64,000 nucleotides of DNA from an uncultured Candidatus Saccharibacteria bacterium (GCA_964643995.1 CAZXUJ010000004.1:8606-72605), one strand, 5' to 3'; counted from the first letter of the stretch, positions 8,947-19,903 are shown. The notes: generated by a model not told the origin, from the letters alone. Translations and numbers: made by a program.

Positions 8947-11178
8947 TTATCTCAGATCGAGGTTTAGGTTAAGATTATCTTTCAAATCATTCCCATTTTT
9001 AAAATCAGGCTGTGCTGTTTCCTGTACATTCTTTAAGATCTGCTCACTTAGTTTGGCTGGGTCTATTTCTTCTGGGATTACAGGCTCATTTACAGGGCGG
9101 GGAGTTGCATCGGTTTGTGTTGTTTGTTGTGTCACTGGTGTTTGAGGCGGTTCTGCTCTAATTGGCTCATTCTCTTTTGCTATTGTAGGGTTTACGAAAG
9201 GACTTGCGGTCGGTGCTGTAGCCTCCGGTTGCTTTTTTGGCATTTCAAAACGCTCTGCAGGTCTGTAGATCGTTCCTGCTGGTGGTGTTGGAGGTTGTTG
9301 ACCTGCGGCTTTGCGCGCATCTTCCTCTCGCATTTTTAGCAATTCCTCAGGGTTTGTTGTAATTAGACGATGTTCTTTATCCGAAGCTTTAATCTTGATA
9401 GATACGTGGTTGGCTCCTGCAAAGAACAATCCTTCACCTTTGTCTGCAGAGAGTAACAATCGTTTTTCACCTTCAGAAAGATAAAATGTTTCAGCTACTT
9501 TATCTATTGCCGCAGGATGTTGCTTAAGTAGTATTTGTATAGACGAGTTTGTAACAATAGCCTTACCAAAATCTGATCCTAAAAAGTCATCTACGTCTTG
9601 GGATATGGTTGTTAGTCCAAGATAATACTTTCTACATCTTTTAGCTACTCCATAAATGAATCTGGCACTATCATCATTTTGTAATAATGACCAGGCTTCT
9701 TCTACAATCAGCACACGTCGCTTTAAGTCCTTCTTTATTCGTGTCCATATGAAATCAAGAATTATATAGTAGGCAATTGGCCTTAGCACATCCTCAAGTG
9801 TTTGGGTAGAAAATACTATCATTTTGTTGTTTATATCTACGGTAGATTGTTGATCGAAAATACCCGCTAGAGAACCACGAATATATTTCTCTAATCTTTC
9901 AGCCATACCTCTCGCTTCTGGTTCTTCTGCTCCACGCAAAACCTTGTATAAATCTTCCATAACTGGTGGTTCTTGTTTCAGTTGGGTATCTGGATCTGTT
10001 GTTATACCTTTTATTCTGTACGTTTCAATAAGTGCCCTGTCTAGGATGGCCTCCTCAGTGGGGCTAAGTTCTCCCAGCATTAACTTAAAAAGTGTATGTA
10101 GCGATAGTAATTTTTGTCCTAACTCATTTTCACCTTCTGTAACAATCCCTGATAGGTCAAATGGATTCACTTTGTCTGGAGATGTAGCTGAAAAGCTTAT
10201 ATAGTTACCTCCTACGGCATCGCATAGCATTTTATATTCTTTTTCAGGGTCAATAATAAACACATCTGCCCCAAAAACCATCAGCCTCAACGCCTCTAAC
10301 TTAACAAGATATGATTTACCTGATCCAGACTTAGCGAATACTACGCTGTTTGCGTTTTCAAGAGAGAATCGATCAAAAATAACCAACGAACCATTGTGCC
10401 TGTTTATTCCATACATAATTCCTTCATCAGAGGTTAAATCGGACGATGTAAATGGAAAAGTTGTTGCCAAACTTGTCGTATCCATATTACGTGTAATAAG
10501 TAGTTTGTCAGTACCTGCAGGTATTGTGGCTTGAAAGGCCTCTTCCATTTGGAGAGTTGCACTTTTTGACAATAACAGTAGTGATCCTAAGGTTGATTCC
10601 AGTTTTTTGGTTGTATCTTCTAGTTCATCTATTGTGTCGGCTGGAATTGTTATGTAAAAGGAAAATTGAAAAAATTTCTCCACACCTTTTACCAGTTGTT
10701 CTTGTAGGGCCTTAGCATCTCCAAGCGCAATCTCAACAGTAGGGTCATTGATTTTGCCTTTTTCCCTATTTGACATCATGGTGGCTTCCATTTCAGTTAT
10801 TTTTCTTCGTAAGTCGTCTAGTACCCCTTTTGATTCCACAGGGTAGTAAAACATAGCGATATCTAGGGAGTGCTCAAAATTTATTACCGGTGCTAACCAG
10901 TTTGCACCTACAAAACGGGGGTATCCAGAAACGAACAGAGTTCTATAATGTTTGTTTCCTATTTTGACAACATTAAAATCAACCTCAATGGCAGGAGGAG
11001 CTATTATATCGCGTACGTTAATCATGCCTTCTGCTAAAACCTCTGCTGGTTTCTTTTGTGTTTTAGCATCTTTTGCAGCTAAAGTTGCTTGTGTTTTAGC
11101 ATCTAAGGCACTAGCTTCTGCAGCGGTCTTAGGTACAGTGCTTTTCTTTTTAAATAGCGTTAGTGCAGGTAATTTCAT
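8947..11178 (-). CDS. VirB4/TraC-like T4SS ATPase with Pro/Thr-rich tail
   Basis: ENANSVVFAKSGSGKS (Walker A), IDPEKEY, NPFD, LIVEEAW, RCRKY, ISQDVDDF. Confidence 0.9.
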   Translation of the reverse strand: MKLPALTLFKKKSTVPKTAAEASALDAKTQATLAAKDAKTQKKPAEVLAEGMINVRDIIAPPAIEVDFNVVKIGNKHYRTLFVSGYPRFVGANWLAPVINFEHSLDIAMFYYPVESKGVLDDLRRKITEMEATMMSNREKGKINDPTVEIALGDAKALQEQLVKGVEKFFQFSFYITIPADTIDELEDTTKKLESTLGSLLLLSKSATLQMEEAFQATIPAGTDKLLITRNMDTTSLATTFPFTSSDLTSDEGIMYGINRHNGSLVIFDRFSLENANSVVFAKSGSGKSYLVKLEALRLMVFGADVFIIDPEKEYKMLCDAVGGNYISFSATSPDKVNPFDLSGIVTEGENELGQKLLSLHTLFKLMLGELSPTEEAILDRALIETYRIKGITTDPDTQLKQEPPVMEDLYKVLRGAEEPEARGMAERLEKYIRGSLAGIFDQQSTVDINNKMIVFSTQTLEDVLRPIAYYIILDFIWTRIKKDLKRRVLIVEEAWSLLQNDDSARFIYGVAKRCRKYYLGLTTISQDVDDFLGSDFGKAIVTNSSIQILLKQHPAAIDKVAETFYLSEGEKRLLLSADKGEGLFFAGANHVSIKIKASDKEHRLITTNPEELLKMREEDARKAAGQQPPTPPAGTIYRPAERFEMPKKQPEATAPTASPFVNPTIAKENEPIRAEPPQTPVTQQTTQTDATPRPVNEPVIPEEIDPAKLSEQILKNVQETAQPDFKNGNDLKDNLNLNLDLR

Positions 11179-11180
11179 AA

Positions 11181-11876
11181 TTATTCTATAATCGCAGGAT
11201 TTACAATTGCTGTCTTATAATCCTCTACACTTGTTCTAATTCTTTGACCATGCATGGAGCTTGGATTGTAAATGTCAAAGTATAATTCTACCAGTTCTTG
11301 TGTCGTAAGCTGTCGTGTTTTTACTCCTAGTCTGTTAAATTCCGCTGAGAGATGGTCGATTTTTGGCTGTATATCTCGTATGGAATCTTTTATAGCTTGA
11401 TCAACATTAACATTCACTCGTTTATTATGCGCTCCTAATAGCACCATGAACCATCCAAATGGGTTGGAGCTTTTGTTTACTTGATTAGTTCCTCCAGAAG
11501 ACACCACCACATAAAACTTCTTGTCTAATACGTCATTCCTTTCTATAACATCCTGAACGAATTCTCTATATGAAGTTGCTTGTTCTCGAAACAATGGGTC
11601 CGTAATTTTTCTTTCTAAGCGGTGAATTTTTTCAAGATATTTAGTAATATCTAACTTTTTTGATCTGATAACAATTTGAACAGGAAAGGTTATAGAATTG
11701 AGTAGCATTGCAAATGCCGAAATCATAGCATCTTGCTCAATCTCTGACAGTAAATCGAAATTAACAGCTGTTGTCTGCATCAATGCACTTACGGCTCCAC
11801 TTTTAAGCACCACTAAATTTTGTTTGATATCTAGAATATCTAAGTGTTCTTGGGTTGTTGCTTCAATAAATGACAT
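11181..11876 (-). CDS. T4SS-associated protein resembling a VirB4/TraC N-terminal accessory domain
   Basis: AVNFDLLSEIEQDA..F..LLNSI.FPVQI pattern; sits between PrgI and VirB4. Confidence 0.65.
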   Translation of the reverse strand: MSFIEATTQEHLDILDIKQNLVVLKSGAVSALMQTTAVNFDLLSEIEQDAMISAFAMLLNSITFPVQIVIRSKKLDITKYLEKIHRLERKITDPLFREQATSYREFVQDVIERNDVLDKKFYVVVSSGGTNQVNKSSNPFGWFMVLLGAHNKRVNVNVDQAIKDSIRDIQPKIDHLSAEFNRLGVKTRQLTTQELVELYFDIYNPSSMHGQRIRTSVEDYKTAIVNPAIIE

Positions 11877-11878
11877 GA

Positions 11879-13318
11879 TTACGCTCTTCCAACTATATCT
11901 ACAGGTGCCAGTACAGTTCCCGTAGCTTCAAAATTAATTATATCAAAGGTAAGATTAGTCTTGTTAGCTTTATCTGTCAGTATTGTATAAGATCCGTTGG
12001 ATAATGCTGTCGATATAACAAATTGTCCCAATTGATTTGTTTTTAGTCCTCTTACAGGTTCTTCCTTATCGTTTTTAATTATTACCACTACGCCATCTAG
12101 GGGGTTGCCTGCATAATCCTTAACAACACCAGAAATTATATTTGGCTTATTACTCAAGGGGTTAATGTTTGCAGTTTGTGCTGGTACAGAAGGTTCAGGT
12201 GGAGGGGGTTCTATCTTTGTTGTTTGGTTTGTTTTAGGTTCTGGTTCTGTAGCAAGCACTGGGGTTTCTACGGTTTGTTTTGTTTCTTGTGCCTTAGGTT
12301 GCATAGCAGGTGGTGTTTCTATCTTATCCGAATACTGTTCATCCGTTTTTATTTGATTGAGTAGTTTCCTTAATTGTTCTGCTTTATCCTCTATATCTCC
12401 TTGAATTTTTTCTTCATCTGCAGTCTTTAGTATTCTTTCGCCTCGTATAGGCAGAATTATTTCTCCTTGTTGTGGCAGTAAGTTCGTGAATTTTCTTCCT
12501 GAATGTCTGTCTGGTGTGATAGCTCTGGTCTTATACGATTGTTTATCTTCTTTTCTGCTCGGCATCAGTGCTGTCATTAGTTTCTTACGTTGTGGTTCTT
12601 TTTTTGGTTCCAGCGGTTTCGGTTGTTGAGGTGTTTCCTGTGCCTTAGGGGTTATCTCCATAGGTTTTTGCTCTTCTTTGTTTTTGTTTTCCTCAGGGTT
12701 TGTTGGTGTTGGAACTATTGGAGGTGGTGCTATCACGGGAGGTGCCGCTACAGGTATTTCTTGCACTTCCACTAATGGTTCCTCTACTAAAGTAGTAGTG
12801 GTTGTTGTTGTGCTAGTGCTTTGGAAAACACTTCTTAGTTTTTCTACGTATTCGTACTCGGATATGTCTAGCGGATCCGCAGGAGCCTCGAGTTCCTGAT
12901 GTTCCAAAAAATCCTCTAATTTTCTACGGCTGGAGGTTGGTGTTAGTGTAATAAGTTCCTGCTTTACAACTGCTAAATTTTCCATAGAGAGTGCTGCAGG
13001 AATCTCGGCCTCCTTTTTCCAGATTCTTTGAGTTGGTGCGTACATTGATTTAAAAAAGTTTATAAACCACTCATCAAGTCCGCGTTCTTGTAACGGAATA
13101 AATGCAAAGCCTATTCCCATTAACACAATTAGAATAACTAATGGCCACTTAAGTAAATTATTAATTCCTACAAATGTTCCATAGGCCATAGCACCAAACA
13201 CCATCAAATATATGAATTGTCGCATTGTTAAATCACCTATGATCTTGAACTCAACGTCCATTATGTTTTGTGGAACAGCATGTTGTCGATTTGTAGTTTG
13301 TACGTCATTTATAGGCAT
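11879..13318 (-). CDS. PrgI-family (VirB3-like) membrane protein with low-complexity linker and C-terminal carboxypeptidase-regulatory-like beta domain
   Basis: HAVPQNIMDVEFKIIGDLTMRQFIYL, two TMs; C-term ISGVVKD..GNPLDGVVV..TNQLGQF..LSNGSYTI. Confidence 0.8.
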   Translation of the reverse strand: MPINDVQTTNRQHAVPQNIMDVEFKIIGDLTMRQFIYLMVFGAMAYGTFVGINNLLKWPLVILIVLMGIGFAFIPLQERGLDEWFINFFKSMYAPTQRIWKKEAEIPAALSMENLAVVKQELITLTPTSSRRKLEDFLEHQELEAPADPLDISEYEYVEKLRSVFQSTSTTTTTTTLVEEPLVEVQEIPVAAPPVIAPPPIVPTPTNPEENKNKEEQKPMEITPKAQETPQQPKPLEPKKEPQRKKLMTALMPSRKEDKQSYKTRAITPDRHSGRKFTNLLPQQGEIILPIRGERILKTADEEKIQGDIEDKAEQLRKLLNQIKTDEQYSDKIETPPAMQPKAQETKQTVETPVLATEPEPKTNQTTKIEPPPPEPSVPAQTANINPLSNKPNIISGVVKDYAGNPLDGVVVIIKNDKEEPVRGLKTNQLGQFVISTALSNGSYTILTDKANKTNLTFDIINFEATGTVLAPVDIVGRA

Positions 13319-13363
13319 ACGATCTCCCTAATTATGCACTATCGAGATTAGTTTTAATAGGAA

Positions 13364-14782
13364 TTATTTTCTAACGTCTTTTTTACCAAGTAACGCTGTT
13401 TCTAGCTGCTTAGGTAACTTCCATGCTTGGCGGTACCCATAAGCAAATGTGAATGGAACTACAAAAGGCATCAACATTATTGCAAAGCCTAGGTCTGCAG
13501 CGGCAGGTATGTCATTACTTGTAAATTCGAACCCTACACTACATGCATTTGATATAGCATCCCCTATAACCAGAGCTACAACCAAATTCGTAAATGCAAT
13601 TAAAGCTCTCATACCTAACATTGCCAATACTAACACACCTATCTCTTTAAACCAGTCGGTAGTTTTGGTTTCATTACCTGGAATTGCACCTATTGCAAAA
13701 GTAAATGGTGCCCCAATTGTCTTTACGATAATCTTCAAATAGATCATTAATACTTTTATTTGTATTGCAATATATGTTACTAACGCCGCTATGAAACCTA
13801 ATGAACTAAGTATCATAATAGATAATCCAGGGCCACCAGTTGCCGCTAGAATTATGAATGTACCTACAATTGCTAATATTCCAAACCCTGTGACTTCTGC
13901 CGCGGAAGTGCCTGCTAATGAATGTACTATCTCTATAGCACTTCCTCTTAGGGCGTAACCAATACTTGCGAATGTAGCTCCAATAGCGTAACTAAAGGTA
14001 ATTAAGAATAGTGCGATTACAATTCTTGGAATAGCATACTGTACTGTTACCATAGCTTGTGCACTTACTTTCTTGCGAGTCATTATCATGACGCCAGTGA
14101 CTATCATTATTAAGGCAATAAAGCCGTAGGAGGCATCCCTAACTATTTTCCACAGTTCAAAAGTAATGTTTAAAAGTGGTATACTACTATAGTCGGCTGC
14201 TGTAGAAGGATTTATCTGAGCATAGGCGGTTCCTACCAAAGGTACATCTTCAACTTGACGCTTAACATAGTACGCTAAATTTAGTGGCAATGGCTCACGA
14301 TTAAATTTTGTTAATTGCCCTCCAATATAAGCAAGGCTTCCTCCTGCCTGTATGCTGCTTCCTGGAGCTTGTACAACGCCACAGTTAGGATCGTCTCTAC
14401 AGTCCACATCATCAACATAAGAGTTTAGTAGCCCGGCGCAATATGCAGCATCTTCGTCGCGCATTTGACAAGCTGCTGGTAATTCACATGAAAATAATGT
14501 AGAGGATTCTTGAATGTAGTCCACACATCTAAAGACATTTGCAGGAGAGCCTCCGGTTGCTATCAAGAAAGGTAAATCTACAGCTAATGTTGTGCCTGCA
14601 TTTACCATTGTTCTTCTAATACTGATATCCTCTAATGCATCTCTAATTCTTTCAAACAGTCCTCTGTCTGGTTGGCAAAGCTCTTCAAGTGATATCGCAT
14701 GGGACTTAGGAGCATATACCGCAACGGACATAGTTAAAACTAAAATTGTTATTAAAGACTTTATGCTAAGTTTAGACATCAT
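13364..14782 (-). CDS. VirB6/TrbL-like polytopic T4SS membrane protein with Cys-containing ectodomain
   Basis: Signal peptide, then WKIVRDASY..IALIMIVTG, IPRIVIALFLITFSY, APFTFAIGAIPG..DWFKE; upstream of PrgI. Confidence 0.6.
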   Translation of the reverse strand: MMSKLSIKSLITILVLTMSVAVYAPKSHAISLEELCQPDRGLFERIRDALEDISIRRTMVNAGTTLAVDLPFLIATGGSPANVFRCVDYIQESSTLFSCELPAACQMRDEDAAYCAGLLNSYVDDVDCRDDPNCGVVQAPGSSIQAGGSLAYIGGQLTKFNREPLPLNLAYYVKRQVEDVPLVGTAYAQINPSTAADYSSIPLLNITFELWKIVRDASYGFIALIMIVTGVMIMTRKKVSAQAMVTVQYAIPRIVIALFLITFSYAIGATFASIGYALRGSAIEIVHSLAGTSAAEVTGFGILAIVGTFIILAATGGPGLSIMILSSLGFIAALVTYIAIQIKVLMIYLKIIVKTIGAPFTFAIGAIPGNETKTTDWFKEIGVLVLAMLGMRALIAFTNLVVALVIGDAISNACSVGFEFTSNDIPAAADLGFAIMLMPFVVPFTFAYGYRQAWKLPKQLETALLGKKDVRK

Positions 14783-14897
14783 AAATACGTTTCAAGTAAA
14801 ATTCTAGAATATAAATTACAACCTTACAATACTGACTTTTTTCGAATAGCCCAAGAGAGTTGGTGATTCTATTCAATTTTTATTATAGAATATAATT

Positions 14898-17800
14898 ATG
14901 GCGGATTCAAACCCCAATCCATTTTATTTCGGATATTACCCTGGAGAGCGCCCTGTTTACAGGGGCGGTGGTGGTAAACCAACTGGTCCTCTTTTTGATA
15001 TGCCTGCAGGAATGGATCTGTTGGGTGGTATAAATCAACTAGAGTATCAACTGGAGCGTGCTTTAGATACCGTTAACTTGCCTGGTTGGCTAAAGGAGAG
15101 ATATGTAAAAGATCTTACTGGTAGTTTAACCATTGGTGTTACTCCTGAAAAAAGAATAGACATGGAGGAGTTTGAGCGTCGTGGTACTGAGGCCTTAGAG
15201 GATATGCCTGGTGTGGCGGTTAAGATTTCTATCAATCCTGCGGATTGGGCAAAAGACCCTGGTGGAATGGCAAAAAAGACTGTGCAGGGTTGGGTAAGTG
15301 GTGTCTTTGATTTTGATGACTTTGATAGACGTTCTCGTTATAAGCTCTGGGCGACCATGCTCAGCGATGATAAACCTGATAACACACCATCAAATGGATC
15401 TTTCATAGATGATACGGTCAGAAGCTGGGAAACAAAATCACGCAAGGCTGCTGTGGCTGAAATGGAAAAAGCAGCCTTACGTTATGCAAATGGCCGTGGA
15501 ATGACCCCTGGGGTCGGTGACGATATAAGAGCAATCCGCAAAGATGTTCAACTAATAGGACGTGGTAAAAATCCCGATGATTATACCTCTACTATTCTCA
15601 GTCTGGATGATCCGATGTACTCGGGTGTTAAACAAGCCGTATTGGACTTTGAGCTGCATTCCACTAGCGTTAGGAAAAGGGAAGAATCTTATGATAATTT
15701 CGTGAAGAAGTCTCTTTATGCCATGGACGAGGACATAAAGAGTCAAGTTTTTCTTGCTAATGCAATGCAGACGCTCGACTTTAGCGATAGGCGTAATTGG
15801 GATGAGGATTTTGCTGCCAATGTTGATGCGCTAATGAAAAAACAAGTCCATGGTATGGATTGGGATGGTGCCAATGGTAGCTATTACTGGGAATCCGCAA
15901 ATTATGAGGAAAGTATTCGAAATCTTTATAGACGTAATGGTATTACTGATGCTGCAACACTAGATAGATATGTAGATCATGTTCAAGGATTACACTCCCA
16001 GGCAGAGTTATCACGTTATTTTGATAACTTACAGGCACAGATTGGGCAGGCTAGTAGAAATCTTGACGAGCTTTTAGTCTCAGAAAATCCCTTAAAAGCT
16101 ATAGATGCACAGGTTAATATGTTAGGGTTTCAAAAAACCTTAGGTCACGTAGATCAGAACGATATCAACTCATATATGACCACTTTGGATAGGTCTTTGC
16201 GCGCAGCTTATAGTGGTGATGGTGTCGCAAGAACTCAAACTGAACTGGATGCTTTAGTAAACAAGCGTATTTCTGAAATAAAGTCTTCTTTAGAAAATGT
16301 TAAAAGTTACTCTCCGGATCAGATAGAACACCTTATTAGTAAATTGCCGCTTGATCAACAGAAAAAAGTGCGTTCGGATATGCAACGCCATTTGGAATCT
16401 AGACGCGGATTAATAGGTACTAGACGAGAATTGGACAATATCTTGGGTGGTTTTGATGTAACCCAAATAAAAAATCTAAGTGTAGCTGAACGAAAAAAGT
16501 TGAAGAGGCAATTGAAGGAGCAACTTGATGGTGTAACTAAAGTTGGTCTAATAGGTGAAACTATTACAGGTGGTGATGTTCCATTGTGGGGGTACAGTGC
16601 TCAGAGAAAATATCTCCGCAACATTAATAATAGTTGGTTCAAGTATGACGAACATGAAAAGGCACTCGGTGGGATAACATCTAAAGGTAATGTACTTTTT
16701 TCGTTAATACCAAGATTAGAGGAAGAGCGTGCCCAACAAGAATGGGATGAGTTTTTTAATGCAATAGAAAAGGACGGCTTACTAAAGGGAATGTTAAACA
16801 CCTATGGTTGGAGTAGGTTGAAGGCTAAGTACAAATATCTTACTCCGAGTTATTACGTAGAAAAGGCACTCAGGAGTGTAAATAATTTTGGTTTGAAGAT
16901 TGAAGAAGCCCATAAAATCACTCGAAACATTAATGGTGTAAATGTAGATATGGATTATCTGTTCAAGATTGGAGGTGCCGGTGTTGGATTCCTTGGAGAT
17001 AGTACCGGAAAGACAACCAGGATTTTTGCCAATAGTTTTAAGGTTGAGTTTGATCTTCCAAGTGGTGTAAAAAAAGCCACTTTAATTGGTGGAGATCACT
17101 TTAATTTTCTAACCAACCATAAGTTCAAATCACAACTTAAAGAGTTGCGTGCTAGAAATCTTTTTAATCCAGATTCCTTTAAAGATCTGTTGATGTCAGG
17201 TTCTGAAGCAGAATTTTTACAAAAGCTACGTGCCGTGGGCTTTAAGATCCATGGGGATGCTGCAGCTGATCTGTTCAAGGAGTTTACTGCTTATAAACGT
17301 TGGTTGGATAAGCAGGCCGCCAAGTTAGGTGGCAACGCTAATGATCCAGCTTTTGCGTTTTCGATCTTCATGGGAGTTCATAACTATGACTTGATGCAAG
17401 ATCATTGGGGAGTATCAAGTGTTGTGGGCATAACAAAGAGATATGCCGGGCCGTTGCAGAAAGTCTACAAATATCTGAATGCCTTTCAAACAAGGTTATT
17501 CGAAACAACCTTAGGGCGTGTGCTCAATGTCGCCGTAAATTATAAAACACTTTTAGCACAAAAAATTGCACGTGGCTCATTAAGAATGTTTATTGAGCGT
17601 GCTATAACTAAATTACTTTCTTGGTTTGGACAGGCTGCTGCTTCAGAAACCGTAGTTGGCTCTTATCTTGTAAAAGCTATTGAGCCTGCTATTAGATATG
17701 TTGTAAAGAAAGTACTGGATGTTGGAGAGGCCGTTTTTAAAGCAGCATTAAAGTGGGACTTTTCAGGGATATTTGAGGAATTTGGTGCCGCCGTTAATGC

Positions 17801-18554
17801 CGCGTTCAAAATGATTTTAGGTGCTCTTGCGATACCAATTATAGTTATGGTTGGGGCAACGATTGTTATCACACATGTGCTTGGTGGTTTTGCTCCCGTC
17901 AATCCTGCTGTTATGGGTGGTGGTGAGTACACTTATGGGGGTCCTCCAGGTGGCGGTGTAAATGCAGCACCTCCTTGCCCAGAGGCAACCATAACACCAA
18001 GTAGTTGTATTTTTCGTGATGGTGGTGTCGTAAGCACAGGATCTTATACATCGAGTAATGAGACGGGACACGGATCAAATACCTACTGGAACAGTCTTGT
18101 AAACTGGGGTTATGTAAATGATCCTTGTGACTTTAATATACCAACCTCTGCCTCGGGTACGCCAGCAAGGGGTAGTTTGGTAGCAAGTAATGTTTGCAAT
18201 GGTTTGGATCCTGCAAGGAGTTACTATGGTTATGCTTCTGATAATGTTTCTAACAGTTGTTGGACTGTATATTTGCCAAATATTGCGGACAGTTGGTCTG
18301 TGGGTAATGTAGGGTCTGCTAACTTTGGTGGTTTAGCGGTAGCTACTGGTTATAATTCAGCCGGTGATGAAATATACAAAATGACTTTGTTACATATAGC
18401 TGTTGGTTCTGCTGTAACAGGCACCCTCGAACCTGGAGCCAAAGTAGCCGAAACAGCAGAATGGGGAGAAAACACTCATGTACATGTAGAGCTGGCAGAG
18501 TGGACTGGGAACGCATGGCAGGGGATACCCCCAGAAAGTGTTATTTGTAATTAG
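14898..18554 (+). CDS. Giant (1218 aa) membrane-anchored protein with C-terminal Cys-containing M23-peptidase-like domain
   Basis: Long helical-looking N-terminus, TM near aa 975-1005, C-term LLH...GAKVAE...HVHVE (HxH). Confidence 0.55.
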   Translation: MADSNPNPFYFGYYPGERPVYRGGGGKPTGPLFDMPAGMDLLGGINQLEYQLERALDTVNLPGWLKERYVKDLTGSLTIGVTPEKRIDMEEFERRGTEALEDMPGVAVKISINPADWAKDPGGMAKKTVQGWVSGVFDFDDFDRRSRYKLWATMLSDDKPDNTPSNGSFIDDTVRSWETKSRKAAVAEMEKAALRYANGRGMTPGVGDDIRAIRKDVQLIGRGKNPDDYTSTILSLDDPMYSGVKQAVLDFELHSTSVRKREESYDNFVKKSLYAMDEDIKSQVFLANAMQTLDFSDRRNWDEDFAANVDALMKKQVHGMDWDGANGSYYWESANYEESIRNLYRRNGITDAATLDRYVDHVQGLHSQAELSRYFDNLQAQIGQASRNLDELLVSENPLKAIDAQVNMLGFQKTLGHVDQNDINSYMTTLDRSLRAAYSGDGVARTQTELDALVNKRISEIKSSLENVKSYSPDQIEHLISKLPLDQQKKVRSDMQRHLESRRGLIGTRRELDNILGGFDVTQIKNLSVAERKKLKRQLKEQLDGVTKVGLIGETITGGDVPLWGYSAQRKYLRNINNSWFKYDEHEKALGGITSKGNVLFSLIPRLEEERAQQEWDEFFNAIEKDGLLKGMLNTYGWSRLKAKYKYLTPSYYVEKALRSVNNFGLKIEEAHKITRNINGVNVDMDYLFKIGGAGVGFLGDSTGKTTRIFANSFKVEFDLPSGVKKATLIGGDHFNFLTNHKFKSQLKELRARNLFNPDSFKDLLMSGSEAEFLQKLRAVGFKIHGDAAADLFKEFTAYKRWLDKQAAKLGGNANDPAFAFSIFMGVHNYDLMQDHWGVSSVVGITKRYAGPLQKVYKYLNAFQTRLFETTLGRVLNVAVNYKTLLAQKIARGSLRMFIERAITKLLSWFGQAAASETVVGSYLVKAIEPAIRYVVKKVLDVGEAVFKAALKWDFSGIFEEFGAAVNAAFKMILGALAIPIIVMVGATIVITHVLGGFAPVNPAVMGGGEYTYGGPPGGGVNAAPPCPEATITPSSCIFRDGGVVSTGSYTSSNETGHGSNTYWNSLVNWGYVNDPCDFNIPTSASGTPARGSLVASNVCNGLDPARSYYGYASDNVSNSCWTVYLPNIADSWSVGNVGSANFGGLAVATGYNSAGDEIYKMTLLHIAVGSAVTGTLEPGAKVAETAEWGENTHVHVELAEWTGNAWQGIPPESVICN

Positions 18555-18569
18555 TTTGAAAGTGCAAAG

Positions 18570-19079
18570 TTGATGTCTTCATTTATAAACAAGCTAAAAG
18601 CAAACAAAGGACTGTTGTTGATAATATTTGGGTTGTTAATAATAGTACTGATTTTTATATTCGACCTAGCTCGTCTTAATGAAAAGTCTACTACACAAAC
18701 TCCCAAGATTGTAACTCAGGAAGATGCTCTAAAACCGGGAGATATTGTTCAATTGATAAAAATGACCCCTGCTGAAGGATTAAAGCATCAAACATTGGAT
18801 CCTTTCCAGGTGATTACTTTTGAATTTAGTGATCCGGTAGATTTGTCTACCATAGAAATCTCTGTATTGCCGGCTATTGATCATAACGTACGCGTTTTGG
18901 AAAATGATAAGTCTAAGGTTGTGGTATTACCAAAAGCCTCAGGTTGGCTCCCATACACAGAATATCAGATAAGAATAACAAATCTTAGATCAACTGACGG
19001 TAAGGGGTTATCTGCAACAGCGAGCTATAAATACAAAAATACTCCTCCGGAAATAAAGTTTAACGAATTACCCTACTAA
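18570..19079 (+). CDS. Membrane-anchored Ig-like (Big_5-like) protein
   Basis: N-terminal TM; ITFEFSDPVD...P..GW.PYTEYQIRI. Confidence 0.6.
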   Translation: MMSSFINKLKANKGLLLIIFGLLIIVLIFIFDLARLNEKSTTQTPKIVTQEDALKPGDIVQLIKMTPAEGLKHQTLDPFQVITFEFSDPVDLSTIEISVLPAIDHNVRVLENDKSKVVVLPKASGWLPYTEYQIRITNLRSTDGKGLSATASYKYKNTPPEIKFNELPY

Positions 19080-19083
19080 AGTA

Positions 19084-19554
19084 TTAGTTACACCCTGAAA
19101 TACCACTAAGTATTGGAGGTCCGCTTACCGTGGAGTTCGTTAAAAATTCGCAAAATCTTTCCTGCATAAGTCCAAAAACTCCGCCTCCAACCAGTTCTAT
19201 ATTGAAGCCAAATGCACCAGCTATTATCGAAAACATTGTGTAAAGCCCAGTCACTGCAACCAGTCCCCACACAGCATATGTTAAAGTGTTTTTTGCTCCC
19301 AGTGCTCCCTTAGGATCACCCAATGAAGTTGAATATTTGTAGGAAGCGAAACCTACAATCGCAACAAATACTGCCCCCGCGGATAAAATTAGCATGTTTA
19401 TAACACCGATAAACGGACATACTATTTGTACGATTGAAGGATCATCATAGTTTACGTTGTTACAATTTTGTGCAAAAGAAATCCTTGGAAAAGTAAAGGT
19501 TGTTAGAACAAATACTCCCAGTACTAATAAAGTTTTAAAACGTTGGAATACCAT
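19084..19554 (-). CDS. VirB2/TrbC-type (T4SS) pilin
   Basis: Signal peptide; YKYSTSLGDPKGALGAKNTLTYAVWGL pilin motif between two hydrophobic helices. Confidence 0.8.
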   Translation of the reverse strand: MVFQRFKTLLVLGVFVLTTFTFPRISFAQNCNNVNYDDPSIVQIVCPFIGVINMLILSAGAVFVAIVGFASYKYSTSLGDPKGALGAKNTLTYAVWGLVAVTGLYTMFSIIAGAFGFNIELVGGGVFGLMQERFCEFLTNSTVSGPPILSGISGCN

Positions 19555-19864
19555 TCTGTAAGTCCGTGTTTGACACGCCTATTGAATTAAATACCACTGC
19601 CTTTATGGTTAATGCTCCTCCGCAAAGAAGAAATGCCAGTATACTATACTTGAGTGCATTTTTTGCACTGTCTACTGCTTTTGGATCACCAAGGCTTTCC
19701 ATAAATTTTATTCCCGAAATAATAATAACTATTAATGATATTGCTATACCTGATCCTATTATATAGTTAAGCACTACAGACATAATTGCACCTAAACTCT
19801 CATACTGAGTTCCCGTAATATTAGATTCTTCTGCAATTAAATTAGTTAAAATACCCACAATCAC
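19535..19864 (-). CDS. VirB2/TrbC-type (T4SS) pilin
   Basis: IISGIKFMESLGDPKAVDSAKNALKYSILAF. Confidence 0.82.
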   Translation of the reverse strand: MIVGILTNLIAEESNITGTQYESLGAIMSVVLNYIIGSGIAISLIVIIISGIKFMESLGDPKAVDSAKNALKYSILAFLLCGGALTIKAVVFNSIGVSNTDLQNGIPTF

Positions 19865-19881
19865 CTACCTTTATCACTGAA

Positions 19882-19903
19882 GCCTCACCCCTCGGGGTGA
19901 GGC
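19882..19903. terminator. GC-rich hairpin downstream of putative major pilin
   Basis: GCCTCACCCC-TC-GGGGTGAGGC perfect inverted repeat. Confidence 0.7.

Noticed and set aside
12165-12830. Poly-Thr and Pro/Glu/Lys-rich stretches in PrgI as DNA tandem repeats
   Set aside because: Codons vary; ordinary low-complexity linker
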